DNA of 56,964 bases, counting the filler, from Malassezia furfur (taxonomy: Eukaryota), in assembly GCA_052055015.1 (NCBI GenBank). It is 4 parts of 4 records of this genome, joined end to end, with 100 filler letters (N's around TTAATTAATTAA, not from the genome) between each part and the next. Parts side by side here need not be neighbours in the genome. Positions count along the whole stretch, not along the records: positions 1 to 14,317 come from JBQJIT010000290.1; 3 more parts are not named here. One strand, 5' to 3'. The position numbers were made by a program, and so were the translations under genes. Numbering within the stretch: position 1 is the stretch's first letter; every line of letters begins with the position of its first letter. The notes beneath the pieces are model-generated. The model was not told where the DNA came from. It did not search any database and saw only the letters and a list, made by a program, of their open reading frames with translations. Shown piece after piece: positions 1 through 10,455 of the stretch.

Positions 1-256
1 CCCCACTTCCCAATTTACCAAGCAAGTTTCGCACGCCATAGACTGTCAGCATGGTTTGGGAACGTCACGTCGACGACCTCTTGACCTATTGAGGTAGCTG
101 TCGTCGTGATGGACTTGCCTCTACGACCGCCGAGAGGCTCGGTCGGCCAATGGAGACGTGCCGAGGCGTGTCGATATTGTGGACAATTACGAAAAATTGC
201 CTAATTTAGGGTATACTACTGCACACGAGACACGCGCGTAACGAGTCAACTGGTAG

Positions 257-1474
257 CTACCAGTCGACATCTGACACCGTGTCACCACGTTCGCTTCCGG
301 TAAACTCCTCCGTAGATGTATATTCAAAGTCGGTCACCGGCGGAGACTGCACGCCATCAAACGCTTGCCGCAAAATTCCAGCCGTAAGCGGGGAGGGATC
401 GACGTCCACAGCGATGGCTGACGACGTTGTGCTTCCCACGGTACTGGTCGAATCTGTACGAGAATGCCTAGGCCCGTGAAGCCGTGCAGCAGCAGCACGA
501 GTACGGCGGCCGCGGACCAGCGGGTTACTGTGCAGAATCCACGTGTGCCGTTCTTGTCCACCCATCGCACGGTCTCCTGAGAGTACAGGACGCGAAAAAC
601 TCGGGCAATTGAGCACACGAGCCACACAGTGGACAGCAAGACGATTATAAGCGTCATCGATGTGCCATACAAGCAACGCAGGGGTGCGTCGAACTTCCAG
701 GATGGCAGTGCTATTGCGCACGGACGACGCGGGCCTGGACAAAACCTCGCGAGGCGATGCAGGAGCACTTCCATCCTGGCGATGCACCGTCTGTTGCAGC
801 CACGAAGAGATCTCGCGCTCTGCGGTCTCAATGAGCTGCTCAATGAAAGTAGCCGGCGCCGGCGGTTGGCGGTTGACTGGGTCCGACAACGACATATTAT
901 ACATCGCCTGTGCCATACCATCCACCGAATCGGCCGTCGAGCGACGCGCACGTAAGAACTGCTGCGCGTCCTTCAAACTCATCGAGAACTGGCCCTTGAG
1001 CGCAGAGTCCACCTCGAACGTAGCCGACGCATGCTGCGGTGATGCGAAATCCGGCACGTGCGACTCTGCGATGGACTCCAAACGGCCCACACTCGCATCG
1101 CGTTGCATCGCAAACGTCGAGCGCACTTTGTTGGGCTGTACCTGAAAGTCGGAAGGAGCAGGTCGTGCCGTATGGGGATTCGATAAGAAGCGGTTGTTTT
1201 CATTGCGGCGCATCCGCCGCTTGCCGACATATGCATCACCCCTGCTTGGGATTCCCGGTCCAACCCCCGGTCGTGTACGTACCGGTGGCGGCTGCAGATG
1301 CCGCAAGCGCGGATTCCGCAGAATGGCTGGGAGGCTCATCGGGACAGGACCGTCCGTTTGCTGCTCTGCCGTTTGGGATGTCGCATTTTGCACACCACCA
1401 GACGATGCTACAAGGCGGTCATGCCCCAGGGCATGCAATGCAACTGGGGAGCGGTGCTCGAGCGGCGACGTCAT
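257..1474 (-). CDS. Hypothetical protein, possible R3H-associated domain
   Basis: Long ORF with likely ATG at 1474 (MTSPLEH). The segment WHIDDAYNRLAVHCVARVLNCPSFS resembles the R-x3-H motif region of fungal R3H-associated proteins. Product uncertain. Confidence 0.55.
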   Translation of the reverse strand: MTSPLEHRSPVALHALGHDRLVASSGGVQNATSQTAEQQTDGPVPMSLPAILRNPRLRHLQPPPVRTRPGVGPGIPSRGDAYVGKRRMRRNENNRFLSNPHTARPAPSDFQVQPNKVRSTFAMQRDASVGRLESIAESHVPDFASPQHASATFEVDSALKGQFSMSLKDAQQFLRARRSTADSVDGMAQAMYNMSLSDPVNRQPPAPATFIEQLIETAEREISSWLQQTVHRQDGSAPASPREVLSRPASSVRNSTAILEVRRTPALLVWHIDDAYNRLAVHCVARVLNCPSFSRPVLSGDRAMGGQERHTWILHSNPLVRGRRTRAAAARLHGPRHSRTDSTSTVGSTTSSAIAVDVDPSPLTAGILRQAFDGVQSPPVTDFEYTSTEEFTGSERGDTVSDVDW

Positions 1475-1696
1475 CAACCCGAGGCGAAAAAAAAAACACC
1501 ACGATGCTAGGGAACAGCACCCTCCCGGTCGAGGGTCCGCCACGTGCATAGTTTAAAATGTTGCCGGCTATGAACACATGGTATATAGTCAAACGGCGTT
1601 TCACATATGAAGACATAGGTACATACCACCCTACTAGCGCATCTTGGTCACACAGGAGGGGAGAGAAGGGAAGGCAATGAAAGTCATGGGAACAAA

Positions 1697-2825
1697 CTAG
1701 CGGTGCTGGGGGAGACCTGCACCCAATTCCGTAGCCGAGTTGGGTGCGGCCCGGTTCGAGGGGAAGAGGTTGGCGCTACCCTCCCGACGGGGCGGGGATG
1801 GGGGGCGGGAGCTGTATGCACGCGTCGAGACCGAGCTGCGACCGAAGTCATGCGAAAGCATCGAGCCGTCAAAGTCTGACGACACGAGCGGCTCCTTGGT
1901 GTCCCAGGCCGAATGCTTGGATCCAACACTGAATTCGAGGTCCTCCTTGGTAATGTCGTCCCAGAACTTGTACACCATCATCACAGCAAAGAGCATGCAG
2001 AGCGAGATGAAGAACGTCCCGTCGATGTAGTGCTTCACACTCTCGCAGATCTGGTTGTTGAAGCCAAACATGAGGATGATGCCGGCGACGTAGGCAATCG
2101 TGCCGAGTGCAATGTCGTTGATGGCCCAAAAGTCGTCAAGTGTGCGCACCACAAGCACCACTTGCGATACAATGTAGATGGCAACCATGATGATGGGGAA
2201 GATAAACTCGAAGAACCATAAACCACCCTGACCGTTTTTGACGTCGCCGAACGTCCACGCGGAAACGGCGAAGCCAATCACCCAGAACACCAACGTCGAG
2301 AGGCGGAGCGTCCACAGCGATAGGGGCGTCCCGTCCTCAGCAAACTGGAAACCGACAAAGCCATTGAGCATCAAGCACCAGAAAATGCACGTCTTGAGGC
2401 CGATGTAAATGGCCGTGAACCACTGCGGTTAGTTTTATGGCATTCCTCGGAAACATACCCGGTACGCGCCCGTATGCGTAGGAATCACGGCTGAGTCGAG
2501 GAACAGCACAAGCAGTTCCGAGAGGCCGTAGAGGTAGAAAAAGAAGACGATTTCTTTCCGGCCCACCGCCGTGTATTTGCAGTGCACATGGTACACCATA
2601 ATGGCGGTCATGAACAGGGCAGCCATGTGGATGATGCATGTGGCTGCATCGTTAGTTCTGCTGTTCCAGGCTCCACGTACCCGGCTGGAAAATAATGGTA
2701 TTGTTAATGTCGATGTTACGCGAGTAACATTCCGGGACCAGGCCTAAGTTCGTGCCCAACAGCGGGCATGAGACCATTGCCATGGAATTGCAAACGCCAT
2801 CGTAATTTCCCCACGAGAAACCCAT
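1697..2825 (-). CDS. CHS7: Chitin synthase export chaperone (Chs7)
   Basis: Spliced model [12 protein letters not shown]...[16 protein letters not shown]; introns 2644-2680 (37 nt) and 2423-2458 (36 nt). Motifs [22 protein letters not shown] and [16 protein letters not shown]. Confidence 0.93.
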
Positions 2826-3070
2826 GCTGGCCGACGTGCACTGCGACGACCACTACGTCGTGGGACAGGTAGACACCGACGAGCGCCGCGCGCGGCGTGC
2901 TATGCCACAGGGGGAAATTTTACGACCTACTAGGCTCCGCTTCGTGCATGACAAAGACTAGGGCGGCAGGCTAGGACGGGTGTTTTGTCATACATGACAA
3001 ATCACGGGTGCTGGTGCGCGGTGCGCGCCGTAAGAGTGGGGTCCTGAAATCGAGTTGCTATGGACAAGGC

Positions 3071-4167
3071 CTAAGTCTGCAAGCGGTTCTCCATCGCCCG
3101 CAGGTTCTCCTCCTTTGCGAGAAGCTGCTGGCGCTTCTCCATGATTTCGCGCTGAATACGCAGCTCAATTTCCCGAAGCTTCTCCTCCTCACGGCGGAGC
3201 TGTTCCTCCCGGAGGCGCACGCTTTGGTTCATCATATCCTCGCTGGGCAGCGATGCGTCCGGACCAAAGTCACCCGGCGCTCCGCGCGAAAGGCGCTCGG
3301 TACGATAGTTCTCGTACAAGAAGTCGTGGGTGATTTCCTTCAGGTCGTTGAGGTGGGTGCCAAACAGCGCGCTCTTCAGCCGGCTAAAGTCGCAGTGTTC
3401 CGGGTTGTCCACCTCGACCGTGCCCCATGGGTATGCGCGGCCGAGAGTGACCTCGCCAGTCTCGGTGCGCACCTCCTCCTCGGATCCGATCACTGCGAAC
3501 GGAAGCAGCGAGCGGAGCTCGCTGTTCTCAGCGATCGTGTCCGGGTGGTCTTCTTCCACGTCGTATGGGAAGTTGTAGATGGGGATCTGGTAATGCTCAA
3601 TGTCCTCCATCACGCGCCTCTTGAAGTCCACCAGCTCCTGGCGCTTAAACGAGTCCGACTTGGCAATGACCGGGATGACGTTCACGCGCGGACTGAGCTT
3701 CTTCATGAGCTCAATGTCCATCTCGCGCAGGCCGTGGCCGGTGGGCGCGATGAAGTAGATCAGCACGTGCACACGGTTGTCACGGAAGCGCGGGTTGCGG
3801 CGGATACGCGACTCCTCGGCAAGGATGTCGTCGTACTGGCGCTCAAGGAACCCAAGGATCTCGTCAAACATGTACTCGTTGTCCATGCTGTCGCCAAAGC
3901 CCGGGGTGTCGACAATGGTCAGGCCAATGCGGGAACCCTCGGCCTCGATCTCGAGGTTCACGGGCTGGATCCGCAAACCGGCCTCTACGCCGGCGTTTTG
4001 TGCATTGTCGTCGTCCCGGTGCTCGATGACGTTGGATTCGCAGAGCGTGTTGACAAAGGTGGTTTTCCCTGCGGGGTGAGCGGTGTTCACGTACCTGTGC
4101 CACTCGCACCAACAACCATCATACAGAGGGACACACCCTTCTTCACTGCGCGACGTCGAGAAGCCAT
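3071..4167 (-). CDS. CDC11: Septin, Cdc11/AspA group
   Basis: Removing the 26-nt intron 4069-4094 restores the P-loop GASGT-GKTTFVNTL. Also DTPGFGD, AKSD, GRAYPWG and a C-terminal coiled coil. Confidence 0.88.
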
Positions 4168-4335
4168 CTTTGTTGTACTGGATGGGGTGCTACGCTCTCA
4201 GCTCCAACCAGCGCAATCCTCGTGGACGGCACAACGACCGCCGTGCCGCGGGCAACGCGTGCGCACCACGTGTCGGCGCGTCGTCACGTGAGAAGGAAGG
4301 TTTCGTGACTCGGAAGCCTGTGCGCCACGTCCGTT

Positions 4336-5805
4336 ATGACCGCCGCCTCGTACCAGTCGTTTACGCGGATCGAGCCTTCGTCGCCGCCGAACAAGGGCCT
4401 CGCGCCCATCGCGTCTATCCAAAATACCATGAATGACCCATACGCTGCGCCCGCGCGTGTGCCCTTGGACGGCTCGGCGCTGCCCACCCAGACGCATGGC
4501 CGTGCACGGTCGGTGTCCATCCCGGGCGCACAGGCACCGCGTGTACTTCAGCCTTTCGACCGCGAGGAGATCAAAATTTTGCTGCTCGAAAATGTGAGCC
4601 AGGGCGCCGTGGCCATGCTCCGCGAACAAGGCTATCAGGTCGACTTCCATACCGGCAGCTGGTCCGAGGACGAGCTGCTCGAGAAAATTGGCGACTACCA
4701 CGCCATCGGCATCCGCTCCAAGACGCATCTTACCAAGCGCGTCTTTGTTGCGGCAAAGAAGCTGCTTGTCGTGGGCTGCTTCTGCATCGGCACGAACCAA
4801 GTGGACCTTAAGGCCGCGGGCGACCGCGGAATTCCCGTCTTCAACTCGCCCTTTGCCAACTCGCGCTCAGTGGCGGAGCTCGTTATCGGGGAGATGGTGT
4901 GCCTGTCCCGCCAGCTGACAGACCGCGCACAGGAGATGCGCAACGGGACCTGGAACAAGGTTTCGAAAAACTGTTACGAACTGCGTGGCAAACTGCTCGG
5001 CATCGTCGGCTACGGCCACATTGGCTCGCAGCTCTCGGTGCTGGCCGAGTCGATGGGCATGCGTGTGATTTACTACGACGTTCTGCCGCTCATGCCGCTT
5101 GGCAGTGCGCAGCAGGCCGACACGCTTGAGGAGCTGCTTGGAAAGGCCGACTTCGTTACCCTCCACGTTCCTGAGCTGCCGGAAACGCGCGGGATGATTG
5201 GTGCCAAGCAGCTGGCGCAGATGAAGAAGGGCTCCTTCCTGATCAACAACTCGCGCGGCACTGTGGTGGACTTGGGTGCATTGGCAGACGCAATGGAGTC
5301 GAAGCACCTCGCTGGGTGTGCCGTCGATGTGTATCCTCGCGAGCCGCCCAAGAACGGCGAGAAGATGTTCACTGACGAACTGAACCCGTGGGCATCGCAA
5401 CTGCAGAAGCAGCCAAATGTGATTATGACGCCGCACATTGGTGGTAGCACCGAAGAGGCGCAGAGCATGATCGGCATCGAGGTTGGCAATGCGCTGTGCC
5501 GCTACCTCAACTTTGGCAGCAGTGTTGGCGCAGTCAACTTCCCCGAGGTGTCACTGCGTCCCATTACCGAGTCCGAGGTGCGCGTGATCCGTATCTGCTA
5601 CGTGCACCACAACCAGCCTGGTGCGCTGCTCGCGGTCAATGAGATCATCGGCTCGCACAACGTCGACAAGCAGTCGACCGATTCGCTGAAGGACATTGCG
5701 TACCTCTTGGCTGATATTAGCGACGTGTCGGAGAGCGACATCCGCGATATCTACACGCGCCTCAGCAAGACGCCGGCGTGCATTCTGACCCGCCTGCTGT
5801 CGTAG
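4336..5805 (+). CDS. SER3: D-3-phosphoglycerate dehydrogenase
   Basis: GCFCIGTNQVDL, GIVGYGHIG (Rossmann fold), TPHIGGSTEEAQ and a C-terminal ACT domain. Start may be slightly downstream. Confidence 0.95.
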   Translation: MTAASYQSFTRIEPSSPPNKGLAPIASIQNTMNDPYAAPARVPLDGSALPTQTHGRARSVSIPGAQAPRVLQPFDREEIKILLLENVSQGAVAMLREQGYQVDFHTGSWSEDELLEKIGDYHAIGIRSKTHLTKRVFVAAKKLLVVGCFCIGTNQVDLKAAGDRGIPVFNSPFANSRSVAELVIGEMVCLSRQLTDRAQEMRNGTWNKVSKNCYELRGKLLGIVGYGHIGSQLSVLAESMGMRVIYYDVLPLMPLGSAQQADTLEELLGKADFVTLHVPELPETRGMIGAKQLAQMKKGSFLINNSRGTVVDLGALADAMESKHLAGCAVDVYPREPPKNGEKMFTDELNPWASQLQKQPNVIMTPHIGGSTEEAQSMIGIEVGNALCRYLNFGSSVGAVNFPEVSLRPITESEVRVIRICYVHHNQPGALLAVNEIIGSHNVDKQSTDSLKDIAYLLADISDVSESDIRDIYTRLSKTPACILTRLLS

Positions 5806-5945
5806 TCGACCTCGCGTGGCCATACGCCGCCTTCCTCAACGAAGGCGTCGCGTAGGTGGAGGAAGGGCGGCTTTTGCATAGATCCTAGTAGGTGCTTACA
5901 TATGTTAAGGGCACCCATTCTTCCCTCTCCTGCCTTCAGTTTGCG

Positions 5946-6874
5946 ATGCCGCGAAGGATCCCCGTCCAGGTCACGCAGACCGTAAGTCGCCTGCTGGAGG
6001 GCGGGTACGTGAAGAAGCCGCCGGCGTGGTACGAGCCGACGCTCCGCCACCCCCCGGCGCTTGTCCCACCGCGGCAGTCGCGCCAGCGGCCGGACAGCGA
6101 CCTGCCCCGCGCGCTGCAGCGCGAGGCGCGTGAGGCACTCGCGCACCACGAACGCCCGCACATGAATTCGCGGAAGAAGCTGCGCTCGCAGATGCCACCA
6201 CTGCGTCCCCAGCCGATCGTGTACGACGCGGACCGCATCCGTCGTCAGTTCTTCCGCGACCACCCGTGGGAAGCCAAGCGCGCAACGACGCTCGTAGAGA
6301 TGGACTATGAGCTCGAGGCGAACCCTGAGCCGCAGATCCCCAAGGGCGAGATGCCTGAACTGACCCACTGGAGCCGGCTGAACCCGAGCGTGGAAGAGTA
6401 CGTCTTGTTGACTCACGCAGTGTCATCCAATGCACTCTGCGCACCTGCCAGGACAGCGATCTGTCGCTCTCTCAGGCCTACCGCCGCACAATCGCGGCCT
6501 ACCATGCGATCCAGGCCGAGCGTGAGCATCGCATCCGCTATGCAAACTACGAAGCGCGCAGTCTCGGTGCAGACCTCGGCCGGTCAGAGACCACGCGCGG
6601 TTTCGAAAAGGAGCAGCGCGAACTGGACAAGTGGGCCGGCGTCGCACGCAAGGATGCCACACCGGTGCAGGATGATCAGGCTGCGGCGGCCGGGGCGCTT
6701 GCACGCAAGAAGCGCGTCGATTCCACGTTTACGGGCGGCGATGCCTATCTGAAGGCGGCGAACCAGCTGCGTGCAGGGCAATCGGCCGCCCCGTCGACGC
6801 CCTCGGAGCCGCGTGCTGCGCAGGATCCGACTGCGTCGGATGACTTCCTGGGCGTTGCCCAGTCTCTGCGCTAA
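5946..6874 (+). CDS. RSM25: Mitochondrial ribosomal small subunit protein Rsm25 (mS23)
   Basis: PPAWY...PP and PIVYDADRIRRQFFRDHPWE motifs. The 23-nt intron 6398-6420 restores the frame to the stop at 6874. Confidence 0.85.
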
Positions 6875-6919
6875 TGTTCATACCCAGAAAAACGACGTAG
6901 CTCGCACGGCGCACTGCCC

Positions 6920-7698
6920 TTAGTCGGTTCCTTCGAGGTCCAGTTCGCCATTCTCCACGAGCTCGTGCAGGAGTGCAAAGAAGCTAAACACGGGGAAGCC
7001 CACAACGTTGCTGTAGTCGCCTTCGACGCTGCGCACGAGCAAGGCACCCTTGCCCTGGATCGCAAACCCACCTGCGCGGTCGAGCCCCTCTTCGCTGTCG
7101 ACGTAAGCCTGCAGCACCGACGCGGGAATGTCAGAGAAGTACAGGCGCGTCTGCTCTACGAGCGTGCGCACTTTGAAGCCCGGGCTTTGCAGAATGGGAT
7201 GCACGATCGCGACACCGGTCATTGCCGTACACTGCGTGAGTATGGAAAGTCGTACCGAGTGTCCGCTGAGGTCGGCAAGCATGCGCAGGTTGTCCATCTT
7301 GTTCGATGGTTTTTCCATAATTTCTTCGCCGTACGCGACAATGGTGTCTGCGGCAATCACCAGGTCCGGCGGCGTGTCGGGTTGCTCACGCACGAGCCGC
7401 TCGTACACCTCCATGGCCTTGTGCGACGCCGTCTGCACGGGGTACTCGTGCACGCCCTCGCCCGCAAACTCACTCTTGGGCAAGTCCTCCTCGAAACGCG
7501 ATGGAACAACTTCTGGGCGCAGGCCCTAGCGTCAGAGGCATCTCGTAACCTACCACAGACGCGAGCAGCTCGACGCGTCGCGGACTCCCGCTCGCGAGTA
7601 CGATACGTTTGTCTGAGTCAGGATATCCACCCACTTTTGAGCCGCGTGAACACGGGCGTATCAAGTGCGTCTGCTTCTACACAGTTCACGTTTGCCAT
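6920..7698 (-). CDS. Maf-family nucleoside triphosphate pyrophosphatase
   Basis: IVLASGSPRR, VIAADTIV, EKP, AGGFAIQG and GDYSNVVGFP motifs. Introns 7613-7634 (22 nt), 7526-7553 (28 nt) and 7232-7255 (24 nt, in frame). Confidence 0.9.
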
Positions 7699-7790
7699 CG
7701 TCCGTGGCACCGACGTCGACGAGCCCATTCGCACCAACGCACGGATCGTCTTGGGACGTAGTCCTCGGCCGAGCACATCTTCTCACGTCG

Positions 7791-10181
7791 ATGGAGGTCG
7801 AAGTAGCTGGACGTGCGGTGCACAGTGGCCTCACGGGTCTCGCCTTCCCGGTGTTGCGGCTCGTGAGCGAGGCACGCAACGAGCACGGTATGCGGCAACA
7901 GGACTGGAAGAGATACAGGGAGTATTGTGCGCGCAAGACGCATCGCATTCGGTCGACGCTGCATCTCACCCACACGGAGGCCACCCAGGCGAACAAGGGC
8001 ACGCGCGGAAGCGCGCGGCAGCGCAAGCGCCGTGCGCGCGTCACGCCCGATATGCAGAGCAAAGCGAACAAGGGCAAGGGAAACGAGTTTGTGCGCAAGA
8101 CCATCGCGCTCGATAGCGTGCAGGATGCGCGTCCGCTTGAGCTGCTCCTGTTCATGGCCGAGCACGCGTGGGCCTCTGCTGAGGAAATCTGGGCGCAGCA
8201 GGAGAGCGGCGATGTTGCGCGCTCTGTGCTGCGCCGCCGCAGTCTGACGCGCGGGCGCCGTGCTGTGCATATCGTCGAGCAACTCAAGACGCTCACCAAC
8301 GCGCTCGGCGACAAACTCGACGTTTCGGCGCGCGCGCAGTGCGCTGCATACGTCGGTCTGGTGCGCAGTGCTATGTTGTTTATCAAGGGCGATTGGGAAA
8401 ACACCCAGACGACGTGCGCTGTCACCCGGCAGCTGCTTACCACCATCGCCGAGTATGCACCGACGAGCCGCGATGAGGCACTGGCAAGCAGCTTCCTGGA
8501 TGCGTTGGATGCGCAGATCCGCTTCGCCGCCTACTCGCTGGGCGACACGGAGCAGGAGACGGCGGTGGTCGCTGAGCGCATCGCGACACCCGCGACGTGT
8601 GAAGCGGTGATTCCGGGATATGCCACGCTTACGGAGGCGCTCCGCGCAGAGCACGGCGACCGCGGCGCCGCCAAGGAGCCACTCGAGCTGCACTGGCGCT
8701 CGTACACCATCCCCGTGCACAGTTTCGAGCTGTACGACCCCGTGACGCGCGTCAACGAGGAGGAGAAGCAGCTGCAGAGCTACCTCAACACCACGCACGA
8801 GACGCCGGCTCGTAGTGCGTCGGCTCCGCGTAACGCACGTGCGCGTCTGTCGCACGCGCAGCGCAACGCCAAGCGCCGCGGACGTGCGGCCGGCGACGTG
8901 TCGCGCCAGGAGAGCGCACAACGTGCGATCCACGGCGAGCTGGACTCGTTCGACCGCGTACTGGGTGCGCTGGGCGACGCCGAGGAGGCCGCGCGTCTGC
9001 TCGTTGAAGAAAACGCGCAGGCACTGCAAAAGAGCCACTCGGCTCGCTACGAGGCAGCGGGTCTTGACCTGCGCCGCGCGCACGAATGGCTCATGTATCG
9101 CCTGTTGTCGGTGCGCGTTGAACGGAGCATGCGTCTCGTGGAAGAGGTGCAGGCCAAGGCTGCGAAGCGTGAGGACAAAGCGCGCGCGCTGCTCCACGCG
9201 CGGCAGCACCCCAAGACAGCCGCATCTACGCCCGCCGCGTCGCGGGCCAGCTCCAAGCGGCCGGGCCCCGGCAGCCGTGCCAAGCGCCCCCGCACCCCGC
9301 CCACGCGCGTGGTGCGCAAGCCGGGCCGGAGCGGGACGCGGGCGCGTGCGCAGCAGCAGCGCGCGGCGCGCGCGAAGCGTGCGCAGGCGGTGGCTGAGGC
9401 CAAGTCAGAGCGCCGTGCGATCCGTATAGTGCCCGGGATTGCCAAGCTACTTGAGAGCATCGACAGCGCGCTGCTGGCGATCGGCGGCCTCGAAATGGTC
9501 GAAGGCGAGCCGGACGTGTCGAGTCTGATGGAGGCGAAGCGCTTCTACTACAGTGCAGTGCTACTTGCGCACCTCGGCCGTGCATTCTACCTTCACGGCA
9601 TGTACGCTGAGGCGCTCCTGTTGGTGCAGCGTGGCGAGCTGTATCTACGCCAGGCGTCGCAGTCGGTCGAGCTTGCCGAGGGCGCCGAAGACGAGGACGC
9701 GGCGTTTGCGCCGCAGCTGCTCACCAACAATGATGCGGTGCATGTGCAGACCGAGCGTCTTGCCGCGTTGCGTACTAATACGACGGTGGCAGCGCGTGCG
9801 TCGCGCGGCAGTGCGTTGTCCGCGTCGTGGTCTGAGTCCAAGTTGGGGCAGACGCTCTACCACCACGCCCAGCGCCACGTGTCGTTCGACCCGGAGAATC
9901 TGCGGCTGGTGCTCGAGCAGGTGCGTACGGATGAAATGCCTATGGAGGAGGACAGTGCGGCCGCTGACAAGGCCACTGCGGCGCCTACGTCGTCCGAAGC
10001 AGTGTCGACGCCTGCGCCCAAGGCCGAGATTTCGTCGGCGCCTGCAAACGAGCCCGCAGTGCCCTTTGGCGCGTACGATCCTACCAACGAGCTCCTCGAA
10101 GAAGAGGAGGCGGCCGAGGCGGCCGTCGCTGGCCAGCAGTCTCGAGGCTCGTGGCTCTCTGGGTGGTTCCGTAGGTCGTAG
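7791..10181 (+). CDS. SRP68: Signal recognition particle subunit SRP68
   Basis: ARNEHGMRQQDWKRYREYC, LFMAEHAWA, AQIRFAAY and C-terminal WLSGWF motifs. Confidence 0.85.
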   Translation: MEVEVAGRAVHSGLTGLAFPVLRLVSEARNEHGMRQQDWKRYREYCARKTHRIRSTLHLTHTEATQANKGTRGSARQRKRRARVTPDMQSKANKGKGNEFVRKTIALDSVQDARPLELLLFMAEHAWASAEEIWAQQESGDVARSVLRRRSLTRGRRAVHIVEQLKTLTNALGDKLDVSARAQCAAYVGLVRSAMLFIKGDWENTQTTCAVTRQLLTTIAEYAPTSRDEALASSFLDALDAQIRFAAYSLGDTEQETAVVAERIATPATCEAVIPGYATLTEALRAEHGDRGAAKEPLELHWRSYTIPVHSFELYDPVTRVNEEEKQLQSYLNTTHETPARSASAPRNARARLSHAQRNAKRRGRAAGDVSRQESAQRAIHGELDSFDRVLGALGDAEEAARLLVEENAQALQKSHSARYEAAGLDLRRAHEWLMYRLLSVRVERSMRLVEEVQAKAAKREDKARALLHARQHPKTAASTPAASRASSKRPGPGSRAKRPRTPPTRVVRKPGRSGTRARAQQQRAARAKRAQAVAEAKSERRAIRIVPGIAKLLESIDSALLAIGGLEMVEGEPDVSSLMEAKRFYYSAVLLAHLGRAFYLHGMYAEALLLVQRGELYLRQASQSVELAEGAEDEDAAFAPQLLTNNDAVHVQTERLAALRTNTTVAARASRGSALSASWSESKLGQTLYHHAQRHVSFDPENLRLVLEQVRTDEMPMEEDSAAADKATAAPTSSEAVSTPAPKAEISSAPANEPAVPFGAYDPTNELLEEEEAAEAAVAGQQSRGSWLSGWFRRS

Positions 10182-10455
10182 GCCGCACCTAGGCGTGCGG
10201 ATGCACGCGCGCGCACGCGCACTACTTCCCGATCTTCCCGATACATGCGTGGCAAAGCACGCCACGTGTTTTTTTTTTCGGGGGCGCAGTCGGGTTTTCT
10301 CACCCGACTCGGCCTAAGCCTCTCGGCCGTTGTTTGGTACTACCACCGAGACGCGTGTGCTCTGAGCCGAAACGCGTTTGCATCGGCCGACTGGTAACCC
10401 TCCACCCAACGCGCAACACTCACGTACGGACGCGTCGAGACGCGACCGGAGGTAC

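Noticed and set aside
1..256. Possible end of a gene at the window start
   Set aside because: Only short open frames and no recognisable motif or RNA structure.
6398..6420. Apparent frameshifts or pseudogenes in RSM25, KU80, APC4, SSL2 and the NDK gene
   Set aside because: Each break is resolved exactly by a canonical GT-AG micro-intron with a branch-site motif.
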